Source of the DNA: Candidatus Sericytochromatia bacterium
Lineage (GTDB): Bacteria; Cyanobacteriota; Sericytochromatia; S15B-MN24; JAQBPE01
DNA length: 64,000 nucleotides
Reading direction: 5' to 3'
NCBI GenBank assembly: GCA_035285125.1
Contig: JAYKHR010000066.1
Coordinates: 1-64,000 of the forward strand
The stretch's first letter is position 1, and each line of letters starts with the position of its first letter. Positions 17,397 through 26,486 of the stretch are shown here, piece after piece. The notes below the pieces were generated by a model, which was given only the letters and a program-made list of their open reading frames with translations, was not told the DNA's origin and made no database searches. The translations under genes were made by a program, and so were the position numbers.

Positions 17397-18318
17397 GCCG
17401 GACCTCGTCGAGGACCGCGGCAGCACCCTGGTCATGCAGCGCCCGCGCCGCCTCCAACCCCAGCGACGCGGCCTCCGAGGTGGCACCCTCGACCCGCACC
17501 TGCAGCAGGGTCGACCCGTCGAGGCTCCCGACCATCGCCGTCAGCGTGAGCCGCTCCCCGGCCAGCGTGGCGTGCGCGCCGATCGGCACCTGACAGCCCC
17601 CCTCCATGGCGGCGAGCAGCGCGCGCTCGGCCGTCACGGCCGCGAGCGTGGGGCCGTCCGTGAGGGGCAAGAGGCGGGCAAGGGTGGCGCGATCATCGGC
17701 CCGGCACTCGACGGCGAGGGCGCCCTGCCCGACAGCCGGCAGGCTCACCTCCGGGGCCAGGCGCTCCCGAATTCGCTCGTGGAGGCCCAAGCGCTCCAGA
17801 CCTGCGACGGCGAGCACCAACGCGTCGTACTGGCCGGCGTCAAGCTTCGCCAGGCGGGTCTGGAGGTTGCCACGCACGTCCTCGAAGCGCAGCCGGGGGT
17901 GGTGCGCCTGCAGCTGCGCGCGACGGCGGAGGCTGCTCGTGCCGACCACGGCCCCGGCGGGCAGGGCTGCGAGCGACGCGTGCGCCGTGCTCACGAGGCA
18001 GTCCCGGGCGTCCGCGCGCGCCAGCACGGCCCCGACCAACAGGCCGACGGGCTGGCTGGTCGGCAGGTCCTTGAGCGAGTGCACGGCGGCGTCGATGCGC
18101 CCATCGAGCAGCGCCTCCTCGATTTCCTTCACGAACAACCCCCGATCGCCGATGCGGGCGAGCGGGACGTCGAGGATCTTGTCGCCGGCCGTCTTGATGA
18201 CCACGGTCTCGATGCGCAGCGCCGGGTCCGCCGCCCGCAGCAAGGCGCCGACATGGGCCGTCTGCCAGAGGGCCAGGGCGCTTCCGCGCGTGCCGAGCCT
18301 GATGCGCGCCTCAGTCAA
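17380..18318 (-). CDS. hemC: Hydroxymethylbilane synthase
   Basis: GTRGSALALWQ, AVHSLKD, GTSSLRR and EGGCQVPIG. Confidence 0.97.
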   Translation of the reverse strand: MTEARIRLGTRGSALALWQTAHVGALLRAADPALRIETVVIKTAGDKILDVPLARIGDRGLFVKEIEEALLDGRIDAAVHSLKDLPTSQPVGLLVGAVLARADARDCLVSTAHASLAALPAGAVVGTSSLRRRAQLQAHHPRLRFEDVRGNLQTRLAKLDAGQYDALVLAVAGLERLGLHERIRERLAPEVSLPAVGQGALAVECRADDRATLARLLPLTDGPTLAAVTAERALLAAMEGGCQVPIGAHATLAGERLTLTAMVGSLDGSTLLQVRVEGATSEAASLGLEAARALHDQGAAAVLDEVRRAEGA

Positions 18319-19636
18319 CCACCGACTCCGCGCTGTGCCGCCAGGACGGGTTGCGCTTCCGGAGGTACCGCTGGGTCGCGTCCTCGACCTCCAGATCGAA
18401 CAGGCGCGCGAGGGCCGCGGCGTGGCTGGTCTGGTCGTCGGCGTCGAGCGTCTTCAGCCGCGCGACGGGGGGGTGCAGCACCCGCCCCATGAGGTGGTGG
18501 GCGAAGCGCTCGAGCGCCGCGCGCGGATCGCGGGCCAGGAGCCCGGCATGGCGCTCCAGGAACGAGGCGAGTTCATCGGAGGCCAGTCCCTCGAGGTGCT
18601 CCGTGAAGGCCTGGATCGTCGGCACGACCTGGAACGAGGCCAGCCGGGAAATGAACTCCGCCACGTGCCGCTCGATGAGGACCTCGGCGTCGATGATCAG
18701 GTTGGCGCGCTCCTCGCGGTTGTGCCGCGCCACCGCCTCGAGGCCATCGAGGTCGATGACCCTCACGCCGGGCATATCCGCCAGCGAGGGGTCGATGTTG
18801 CGCGGCACGGCGATGTCGATGAGCAGCCGTTCGCGCCCGGGTACCGCCGGATAGTTGCCGGGATGCAGCAGGTAGTGGGGGGCCGAGGTGCAGCAGATGA
18901 TCACGTCCGCCACGGCGTGCAGCAACCGCCCCTCGTCGAGGGAGAGGGCCTCCCCGCCAAGCCGCGCGGCCGCTTCTTGCGCCCGCTCCAGCGTGCGGTT
19001 GACGATGTAGACGTGCTTCGCGCCGCGGCCGAAGAGGGCCTTGATGGTGTGCGAGCTCATCTTGCCGGCTCCGTAGATGAGCACGATGCGGTCGCGCAGG
19101 TCTCCGAGGTGGGAGGCTGCAACCTCCACCGCGGCCGAGCTGACGGAAACGGAGCCTCGGCCGATGTTCGTTTCGGTGCGCACGCCCTTGCCCACCTTGA
19201 TGGCCTGCTGGAACAGGGCCTCCAGGTACTGGCCGGCGGCGTCCACGGCTTGCGCCTCGGCCAGGGCGCCCTTCACCTGGGCCAGGATCTGACCCTCGCC
19301 GACAATGAGCGAGTCGACGCCAGCCGCGACCCGGTGCAGGTGGCGGATGGCATCCTCGTGAACGTAGTGGTAGCCGTATGCCTGCAGGATGTCGGGAGAG
19401 ACGCCCTTCGCGGCGCACCAGAAGGCCGTGAGGGTCTCCCGGGCAGCGTCTGGCGTCTGCGCCACGGCGTAGATCTCCGTGCGGTTGCACGTGGAGAGAA
19501 TCACGCCTTCGGTGATCCCCGGGCACGCGAGCAGCCGGGACAGCGCCGCCTGGGCCTGTCGCTCAGAGAAGGAGAGCTTTTCACGAATCTCGACGCTGGC
19601 CGTTTGGTGGCTGGTGCCGAGCAGAACGAGTTGCAT
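18311..19636 (-). CDS. hemA: Glutamyl-tRNA reductase
   Basis: LSTCNRTE, DSLIVGEGQILAQVK, GAGKM and DIAVPRNID. Confidence 0.97.
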   Translation of the reverse strand: MQLVLLGTSHQTASVEIREKLSFSERQAQAALSRLLACPGITEGVILSTCNRTEIYAVAQTPDAARETLTAFWCAAKGVSPDILQAYGYHYVHEDAIRHLHRVAAGVDSLIVGEGQILAQVKGALAEAQAVDAAGQYLEALFQQAIKVGKGVRTETNIGRGSVSVSSAAVEVAASHLGDLRDRIVLIYGAGKMSSHTIKALFGRGAKHVYIVNRTLERAQEAAARLGGEALSLDEGRLLHAVADVIICCTSAPHYLLHPGNYPAVPGRERLLIDIAVPRNIDPSLADMPGVRVIDLDGLEAVARHNREERANLIIDAEVLIERHVAEFISRLASFQVVPTIQAFTEHLEGLASDELASFLERHAGLLARDPRAALERFAHHLMGRVLHPPVARLKTLDADDQTSHAAALARLFDLEVEDATQRYLRKRNPSWRHSAESVVD

Positions 19637-19780
19637 GGGCGACGATCGGGGGGCGGCGAGGTCAGGCGCAAAGCGGCGCCGGGCGCGGCAGTCAGGCGTC
19701 GCCATGATACCAAAGGCCAGGCGGCCTCACAAGGCGCAGGGCGACCGCAGGCCCGCATGCTCGGTGCGTCCCTTGGCGCG

Positions 19781-20212
19781 TCAGCGCGCCCACGGACGGA
19801 CGATCACCGCGATGACGATGCCCACCATCAGCAAGGTCGGCACCTCGTTCATGACCCTGTAGAAGGTGGGGGGCTTCACGCGAGGGTTCACCAGCAGCTT
19901 CTTGCGGTGCGCCGAGGCCATCCCGTGGCTGCCGAACAACAGGAACAGGAGCGTCAGCTTCAGGTGCATCCAGGGCTGCGAGAGGTAATACGCGTGGTTC
20001 ATCCAGAACATCGCGCCACCGGAGGCCAGCGAGACGATCATCGCGGGTGTCGTGATGTAGTTCATCAACCGCCGCTCCATGATGGCGAGGCGGTCCATCA
20101 CGACCTGCTCCTGTTCCATCGCGTGGTAGACGTACAGTCGCCAGATGTAAAGCATGCCGGCCATCCAGGAGATGACGGCGATGACGTGCAGGGCCTTGAG
20201 CCAGACCAACAT
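19781..20212 (-). CDS. hemJ: Protoporphyrinogen oxidase HemJ
   Basis: WLKALHVIAVISWMAGMLY..RLYVYH, MERRL, WMHLKL and NEVPT. Confidence 0.95.
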   Translation of the reverse strand: MLVWLKALHVIAVISWMAGMLYIWRLYVYHAMEQEQVVMDRLAIMERRLMNYITTPAMIVSLASGGAMFWMNHAYYLSQPWMHLKLTLLFLLFGSHGMASAHRKKLLVNPRVKPPTFYRVMNEVPTLLMVGIVIAVIVRPWAR

Positions 20213-20226
20213 GGGACCTCCAGGGG

Positions 20227-21636
20227 TCAAAGGATGCGGGAGAAACGCCGCCCCGTCGCGCCCGCTCGGGCCAGGTAGGCGTCGAAGGCCATCGCGACGT
20301 TGCGCAGGAGGATCTGCCCGCGGGGAGTGACGCCCAGGGCATCTTCGGTGATGGTGACCAGGCCGTCCTCGGCGTGACCGGCGAGGGAGGCGATGGCCGG
20401 GCCGAAGGTGGCCGAGACGTCGACGCCGAAGAGCCGCTCGACCTCGCGCCAGTCCACGCGCAGGAGACAGAACAAGCGGTTGATGACGTCCCGACGAAGC
20501 CGGTCGTCGTCCGAGAGCGCCAGCCCGCGCACGGTGGCGAGCCCACCCGCCTCCAGGCGCTCGATGTACGCCGGGATGTTGCGCTCGTTCTGCAGGTACG
20601 CCCGGTCGAGGTCTGAGATGCTGGACGGGCCGAAGGCGAACAGGTCCGAGTCCGCGTGGGTGGTGTAACCCATGAAGTTGCGCCGAAGCGTGCCCTCGGC
20701 CTGATGGCGGGTCAGCTCGTCCTCGGGGCGGGCAAAGTGGTCCATGCCGATGTACCTGTAGCCCTGCCCGATGAAGCGCCGGATGGCCGTCTCGAAGAGG
20801 TCGAGCTTGGTCGTCGCATCGGGCAGCGTGGCAACGTCGAAAACACCCTGGTGTTTCTTGAGCCAGGGCACGTGGGCGTAGTTGAAGAGGGCCAGCCTGT
20901 CCGGCGCGAGGGCCTCGACCTTGTCGAGCGTGGCCGCGAAGCCGTCGCGGGTCTGATGGGGCAGGCCGTACATGAGATCGGTGTTCACGCTGAGGAAGCC
21001 CAGCCGCCTGCACTCGGCAATGAGATCCCGCGTGAGTTCAAAGGGCTGGATCCGGTTGACGGTCTCCTGGACCTTGGGGTCGAAGTCCTGGATGCCCATG
21101 CTGACACGGTTGAACCCGAGGCGGCGGAGCGTCGCGAGCTGCTCGAAGCTCGTGACGGAGGGGTGGAGCTCCAGCGAGATCTCGGCATCCCGCGCGAGCG
21201 TGAAGTGGCGGGCGAGGGCGCCGAAGAGGCGCTCGATCTGAGGGCTCGTGAGGTAGGTGGGGGTGCCGCCGCCCCAGTGGATCTGGACGACCTCCCGCCC
21301 GGGCGACAGCAGCGCGGCGACGCGGGCGATCTCGGCCTCGATGGCCCCGAGGTACCGCTCCACCAGGTCCTGCTTCTTCGTGACCCACATGTTGCAGCCG
21401 CAGAAGTAACAGAGCTTGTGGCAGAAGGGCACATGGACGTAGAGGGAGAGCGGCACGGCGCGGCGCTCCGCGTCATTCGCGCGGATCGTCGCCTCGGCCC
21501 AGGCCGCGCCGTGCCCGTCCTGCCACTCCGGCGCGGTCGGGTAGCTGGTGTAGCGGGGCCCGGCCACATCGTAACGGGCCAGGATGTCGCGCGGCACCAC
21601 GTAGGCGTCCGCGCTGACGGCAGGCGTTTCAGCCAC
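20227..21636 (-). CDS. hemN: Oxygen-independent coproporphyrinogen III oxidase
   Basis: GPRYTSYPTA, HVPFCHKLCYFCGC, GGGTP, IGMDHFA and RNFMGY. Confidence 0.97.
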   Translation of the reverse strand: MAETPAVSADAYVVPRDILARYDVAGPRYTSYPTAPEWQDGHGAAWAEATIRANDAERRAVPLSLYVHVPFCHKLCYFCGCNMWVTKKQDLVERYLGAIEAEIARVAALLSPGREVVQIHWGGGTPTYLTSPQIERLFGALARHFTLARDAEISLELHPSVTSFEQLATLRRLGFNRVSMGIQDFDPKVQETVNRIQPFELTRDLIAECRRLGFLSVNTDLMYGLPHQTRDGFAATLDKVEALAPDRLALFNYAHVPWLKKHQGVFDVATLPDATTKLDLFETAIRRFIGQGYRYIGMDHFARPEDELTRHQAEGTLRRNFMGYTTHADSDLFAFGPSSISDLDRAYLQNERNIPAYIERLEAGGLATVRGLALSDDDRLRRDVINRLFCLLRVDWREVERLFGVDVSATFGPAIASLAGHAEDGLVTITEDALGVTPRGQILLRNVAMAFDAYLARAGATGRRFSRIL

Positions 21637-22675
21637 GGGCCTGAACCCCCTCCAGGGCCTTCACCGCCTCCACGAAGGCCTGGGCGTGCGCGACAGGCAC
21701 GTCCGGGAGGATGCCGTGGCCCAAGTTGAAGACGTGGCCCGGGCGCCCCCCGACCTCGGCGTGAAGCCGCTGCACAGCCGCGCGAATGTCGGAGGGGGGC
21801 GCGTACAGCATGCACGGGTCGAGGTTGCCCTGCAGCGCGACCTTGTCACCCACCCGGTCGAAGGCCTCGCCGAGGCCGATGCGCCAGTCTACGCCGACGG
21901 CGTGGGCGCCCGTGTCGGCGAGCTGCTCGAGCACGGTCGAAACGCCGTTCATGTAGGTGATGATGGGCACCTCGAGGTCGCTCAGTCCCGCCACGACCAT
22001 CCGCGTGTAGGGCAGCGCATAGCGGGCAAAGTCGGCCGGCGAGAGGACGCCCCCCCAGCTTTCGAAAATCTGAACGGCGTCGGCGCCCCGGGCGACCTGG
22101 AAGCGCAAGTAGGGCACCAGCATCTCCACCAGGCGCCGCATCAGGGCGTCGAAGGCTTCAGGTTCCTGGTACATGAACCGCTTGATGCGATCGTAGTTCT
22201 TGCTCCCGCCGCCCTCGATCATGTAGGCGGCCAGCGTCCAGGGCGCTCCCGCGAAGCCGATCAGCGGCAGGTGGGCAGGCAGCGCCCGGCGCACCAGCTG
22301 GAGTGCCTCACCCAGCCAGCCCACACCCTCCTCGGGGGCAACGACGCGCAGCTGGTCGACGTCCTCGACCCGCCGGATGGGGTTGGGCAGGTGCGGGCCC
22401 TTGTCGTCGAAGACGAGGGCCATCCCCATTGCCTCCAGCGGTGTCAGGATGTCGGAGAAGATGATCGCCGCATCGACGCCGATGGGGCCGATGGGCTGCA
22501 GCGTGACCTCGGCGGCCAGCTCCGGCGTCTTGCAGACCGTCAGGAAGCTGTGCTTGGCCCTGATGGCCCGAAACTCGGGCATGTAGCGGCCGGCTTGGCG
22601 CATGATCCAGACGGGCGGGCGCGGCACGGGCTGACGTCGGAGCGCGCGGAGCAGCAGGGGGGCATCGGTGGTCAT
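21629..22675 (-). CDS. hemE: Uroporphyrinogen decarboxylase
   Basis: PVWIMRQAGRY, AAIIFSDIL, GFAGAPWT, QGNLDP and NLGHG. Confidence 0.97.
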   Translation of the reverse strand: MTTDAPLLLRALRRQPVPRPPVWIMRQAGRYMPEFRAIRAKHSFLTVCKTPELAAEVTLQPIGPIGVDAAIIFSDILTPLEAMGMALVFDDKGPHLPNPIRRVEDVDQLRVVAPEEGVGWLGEALQLVRRALPAHLPLIGFAGAPWTLAAYMIEGGGSKNYDRIKRFMYQEPEAFDALMRRLVEMLVPYLRFQVARGADAVQIFESWGGVLSPADFARYALPYTRMVVAGLSDLEVPIITYMNGVSTVLEQLADTGAHAVGVDWRIGLGEAFDRVGDKVALQGNLDPCMLYAPPSDIRAAVQRLHAEVGGRPGHVFNLGHGILPDVPVAHAQAFVEAVKALEGVQARG

Positions 22676-22774
22676 CGCCGCCATGCTACCACAGGGCCTG
22701 GTGGCGAGCGCCTGGCCGTTGCCCCCCAAGAGGCCCGCCGGCACCATTGGCCATAGGGGGGCGGAGGGGTGTCG

Positions 22775-23944
22775 ATGGGTGGACGAAGCTACCGGGTGGC
22801 CGTTCTTCCTGGGGACGGAACGGGGCCCGACCTCGTGGCCCAAGCCGTGCGGGTGCTCCACGCCGTGGCTGAGCGGTTCGGCTTCACGGTGTCCTGCCAG
22901 GAGGGCCTGATCGGGCTTGCGGCCCTGGTGGCGCGGGGGCGGACCTTGCCAGCCGAGACCACCAGGATGTGCCGGGAGGCGCAGGCGGTGCTGGTCGGGC
23001 CGATTGCCGGCGCCCGCCACGCCCAGACGGCCCCCAGCGGAAGGCCTCGGCAGGCCCTTATCACGCTGCGCGACATGCTGGGGACGTTTGCCACCGTGCG
23101 GCCCATTCGCAGCTACCCCGCGCTGCGGGGTTGCGCGGCGCCGGACACGGTGGCCCACCCCATCGACATGGTGGTGGTGCACGACCACACCTCGGGCCTC
23201 TTCTACGGGCGGCCCCGAGGGATCCGGCGCCAGGACGACGAGGAGATCGCGACTAACACGATGGTCTACACGACGGGCGAGATCGCCCGCGTCGCCCGGC
23301 TGGCCTGCGAGGTTGCCGCTGCACGCGGCCGCCGGGTGCTGCTGGTGGACCAGGCCAAGCACCTCGACGTGGGGGAGCTCTGGGCCCGCACCGTGGCGCG
23401 TGTCGGCGCTGAGCACCCCGACGTCACCGTGGGGCGCCGCGACGCGTCACACTTCTTTTACGAGCTCGTAAACCGTCCGGAGGCCTACGACGTCGTGGTG
23501 ACGGAGATGTCGCTCGGCCACCTCGTCTGTGCGACGGCCGCCGGCCTGACGGGGGCGTTTGCGCTTCACCCGGAGGCCTCCGTGGGCGGGACCGTGGGGC
23601 TGTTCCAGGCCTCCCACGGCTCGGCACCGCACCTCGTGGGCCAGCACCGGGCGAATCCCCTCGGCCTGATCCGGGCTGTGGCGTTGATGCTGGCCTGGAC
23701 GTGGCAGGAGCACGAGGCGGCGGCCGCGATCGAGGCGGCGGTGGCCGCCGTGTTCGCGGAGGGCCACCGGCCAGCCGAGCTGGCCCCGCCTGGCACGCCA
23801 GCCCTCACCACGGAGGCCATGGGGGAGGCGGTGATAGCCCACCTGCCCGCCCCCGCCGTGAGGCTCGCGCTGGACACGGCCCAGCCTCCCGCTATGCTGG
23901 AGGGGACGGTGCAACGACACGGGGGCCCCACGGATGCCAGCTGA
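22775..23944 (+). CDS. LeuB/isocitrate-dehydrogenase-fold protein with degenerate active site
   Basis: AVLPGDGTGP and HGSAP...ANP scaffold present, but catalytic and metal-binding residues are substituted; GGAGG SD. Confidence 0.85.
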   Translation: MGGRSYRVAVLPGDGTGPDLVAQAVRVLHAVAERFGFTVSCQEGLIGLAALVARGRTLPAETTRMCREAQAVLVGPIAGARHAQTAPSGRPRQALITLRDMLGTFATVRPIRSYPALRGCAAPDTVAHPIDMVVVHDHTSGLFYGRPRGIRRQDDEEIATNTMVYTTGEIARVARLACEVAAARGRRVLLVDQAKHLDVGELWARTVARVGAEHPDVTVGRRDASHFFYELVNRPEAYDVVVTEMSLGHLVCATAAGLTGAFALHPEASVGGTVGLFQASHGSAPHLVGQHRANPLGLIRAVALMLAWTWQEHEAAAAIEAAVAAVFAEGHRPAELAPPGTPALTTEAMGEAVIAHLPAPAVRLALDTAQPPAMLEGTVQRHGGPTDAS

Positions 23945-24383
23945 CGCCCACGACCCACGCCTGGGCGGACTCCCCGACCTCATCGGCGCCCGCCGGATCA
24001 TCGTGGCTGGGCCCGGCTGGCCGCACGCCCTGGGCGATGGGCGGCCCGCTGCGCGGTGCTCCCCCGAGGCCTTGCCACGAGAGGCCCGGGAGGCCTGGGA
24101 CCTGGTCGGGTTGCTCGGCGTGCTGGCGACGGTCGAGGACCCCTCGGGCCTGATCGACGCCGCCGTGGCCCGCCTGGCGCCCGGGGGGCTGCTGGTCCTG
24201 GCAGAGCGGACGGTGCCCGGCGCCGCCGAGCTGACGGCGCCACCTGCCCACCGCTGGCCCCCTTTCCGCCGCTGGCAGCTCGGCTCCGTGCTTCAGGGGT
24301 ACGGCCTCGGCCAGCTGGGGTTTTCCCCCCTGGACCTGCCGGGCGGGCCCTCGGTCATGCGCGTCTGGGGGCGGCGGGGCTAG
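23934..24383 (+). CDS. Truncated or degenerate class I SAM-methyltransferase-like protein
   Basis: WDLVGLLGVLATVEDPSGLIDAAVARLAPGGLLVL resembles the central MTase motifs; no clear motif I. Confidence 0.55.
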   Translation: MPADAHDPRLGGLPDLIGARRIIVAGPGWPHALGDGRPAARCSPEALPREAREAWDLVGLLGVLATVEDPSGLIDAAVARLAPGGLLVLAERTVPGAAELTAPPAHRWPPFRRWQLGSVLQGYGLGQLGFSPLDLPGGPSVMRVWGRRG

Positions 24384-24393
24384 CGCGGCCCGC

Positions 24394-26448
24394 TCAGCGC
24401 AGCCTGGCCCAGGTCTGCACGATTCCATCGAGCAGGCCGCGCACCTGCCGGCTAAGTGGGTCTCGCTGGGCCAGGGCGTCCAGGGTGCGGCCCAGCGCGT
24501 CGAGGGGCAGCCGGCCAAGCTCTGCCCACTGGCGCAGGCCCTCCAACGGCGGCCCGGCCGAGAACAGCTGCGTCAGCGGCGCCGCAGGGTTGAGCACGAG
24601 CCGCTGCACCGCGGCCACGACGCGCGTGCGGGCGGCGTGGCTCGGGAACCAGGCCGCCAGCAGCCGCGGCCAATCGAGCTCCAGCGCCGGCAGGGGCCTG
24701 CGACGCGCCGCCAGCTTGCTCAGGAGGCCCGGGAAGCGGGGATCCTCGATCACCTCCAGCACGAGCTCGGCGCCAGCCGGGGAGGCGAGGAAGTCCTCCA
24801 GCTTGCGCACGAACGCCGGGCCCGGCACGAAGCCCTCGGGCAGGGCCTCCTCGACGCCGTCCAGGCCCCCCGCCAGCAGGCGCTCCTTGAGCTCTCGTCG
24901 GAGGGCAAGCGCCCGGGGGTGGGCCACCACGTCAATCAGGCCCTGGGCCAGCTCGGTCATGGCCTCGGGCTCGTCGCCCACGGCCATCTGCACGAGGCTT
25001 CCCAGCCGCTCGACCATGCCGCCGCTGGCCGCCGCGCGCATCAGCTCCTGGATGATCCAGGGGTTCTCCATGTCGACCCGCCGAAGGACGAGCTTCGCGA
25101 AGAACGGCAGGGCGATCGGCAGGAACTTGAAGGACGGATCCGCCCTGTAGACGACGCCTTCCATGGCGGCGGCGGTGCGCGTCAGAAACAGGAACCGGTC
25201 CGGGAGCCGGAAGGGGTGCTCGCGCATCAGCTGGTAGAACTTGTCGGACACCTCCTGAAGGGTGTACCGACGGTCCGTGAAGCCGAGCTGTGCCGCCCAC
25301 ACGTCCGTGAAGATGGGCAGCAGACGCTCCTTGGGCATCTGGGGCGGCACAATCTCCGCCCGCACCATGTCGTCGTAAAAGGCGTCCCAGTCCTGCTGGA
25401 TGACGTGGATGAACATCTCCACGAGCTCGCGCTGGAACTTCTCGTCGATGTACTCGACCATCCCGAAGTCGAGGTAAATGAGCCGCGCGTCCGGCGTCAC
25501 GAAGATGTTGCCGGGGTGCGTGTCGGCGTGGAAGAAGGCGTCCTCGAAGATCTGCTTGGTGAAGGCGCGAATGCCGAGCGCAGCCATCTCCATGTAGTCG
25601 ATGCCGGCGGCGCGAATGGCCCGTTCATCATCGAAGCGCACGCCGTAGACGCGCTCCTGGGTCAGCACCCGCGTCGAGACGTGGCTCCAGTAAATGCCGG
25701 GCGCGGTGATGCGCGGCATGCGGGCGAAGTTTCGGGCGAACTTCTCACCGTGCAGCCCTTCGGCCCACAGGTCAAGTTGCTGGTAGCAGCTCACGCCGAG
25801 CCGGTCCACCAGCAGCACGTAGGGCGTGTCGGGGCTCGCCCCCAGGAAGCGCAGGAAGCCCGGGTGCCGCTCCAGCCACTGGGCGAACTCCCGCATCAGC
25901 ACGAGGTCGATCGCGAAGCGCTCGGCGAGGCCGGGGCGAAGCACCTTGACCACGGCATCCTCCCCCGAGGGAAGCGTCGCGGCATGGACCTGACCGAGGC
26001 TGGCCGCAGCCAGCGGGCGCTGGTCGATGCTGCGGTAAAGCCGGTGAAGCGGCTCTCCGAGGTCCTCCTCGATCACGGCCCGGACGTCCTCGAACGGGAA
26101 CGGGGGCACCTGATCCTGCAGCAGCGCAAGCTCGGCCAGCACCTCTTCCGGGAAGGCGTCTACCCGGGTGGAGAGCATCTGCCCGAACTTGATGAACACG
26201 GCCCCCTGACGCACCATCTCGCGGCGAGCCCAGCGCGCGAACCGCACCCGCAAGAGGCGCATGCCAGGCAGCACCCACAGGAGCAGGACCCAGCCGAGCG
26301 TCAGCAGCAGGGCGCGCTGGAAGGCCGACCGGCGGGCTCGAAACGCCAATCCGGATTGCTCGGCCTCGGCGCGCAGGCGGTCGGGGTCGTAAGTGGGGGG
26401 CACGGGCCCGCGAGGAGCCGCTTGGGGCAGCGCGAGGGGCTTGTTCAC
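24394..26448 (-). CDS. ABC1/AarF/UbiB-family atypical kinase
   Basis: FIKFGQMLSTR, LQDQVPPF, AAASLGQVH, FFHADTHPGN and LDFGM. Confidence 0.95.
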   Translation of the reverse strand: MNKPLALPQAAPRGPVPPTYDPDRLRAEAEQSGLAFRARRSAFQRALLLTLGWVLLLWVLPGMRLLRVRFARWARREMVRQGAVFIKFGQMLSTRVDAFPEEVLAELALLQDQVPPFPFEDVRAVIEEDLGEPLHRLYRSIDQRPLAAASLGQVHAATLPSGEDAVVKVLRPGLAERFAIDLVLMREFAQWLERHPGFLRFLGASPDTPYVLLVDRLGVSCYQQLDLWAEGLHGEKFARNFARMPRITAPGIYWSHVSTRVLTQERVYGVRFDDERAIRAAGIDYMEMAALGIRAFTKQIFEDAFFHADTHPGNIFVTPDARLIYLDFGMVEYIDEKFQRELVEMFIHVIQQDWDAFYDDMVRAEIVPPQMPKERLLPIFTDVWAAQLGFTDRRYTLQEVSDKFYQLMREHPFRLPDRFLFLTRTAAAMEGVVYRADPSFKFLPIALPFFAKLVLRRVDMENPWIIQELMRAAASGGMVERLGSLVQMAVGDEPEAMTELAQGLIDVVAHPRALALRRELKERLLAGGLDGVEEALPEGFVPGPAFVRKLEDFLASPAGAELVLEVIEDPRFPGLLSKLAARRRPLPALELDWPRLLAAWFPSHAARTRVVAAVQRLVLNPAAPLTQLFSAGPPLEGLRQWAELGRLPLDALGRTLDALAQRDPLSRQVRGLLDGIVQTWARLR

Positions 26449-26486
26449 GGCCTCATTGTAGCGCGGTTCGCCTCAGCCCCGCGTCC

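Noticed and set aside
17606..20278. 890-aa plus-strand ORF and similar long antisense ORFs throughout
   Set aside because: They are antisense to well-supported genes, have no motifs, and are expected at this GC content.
22769..23944. Assigning the symbol leuB
   Set aside because: Catalytic Lys/Tyr and metal-binding Asp positions are substituted and there is no leu operon context.
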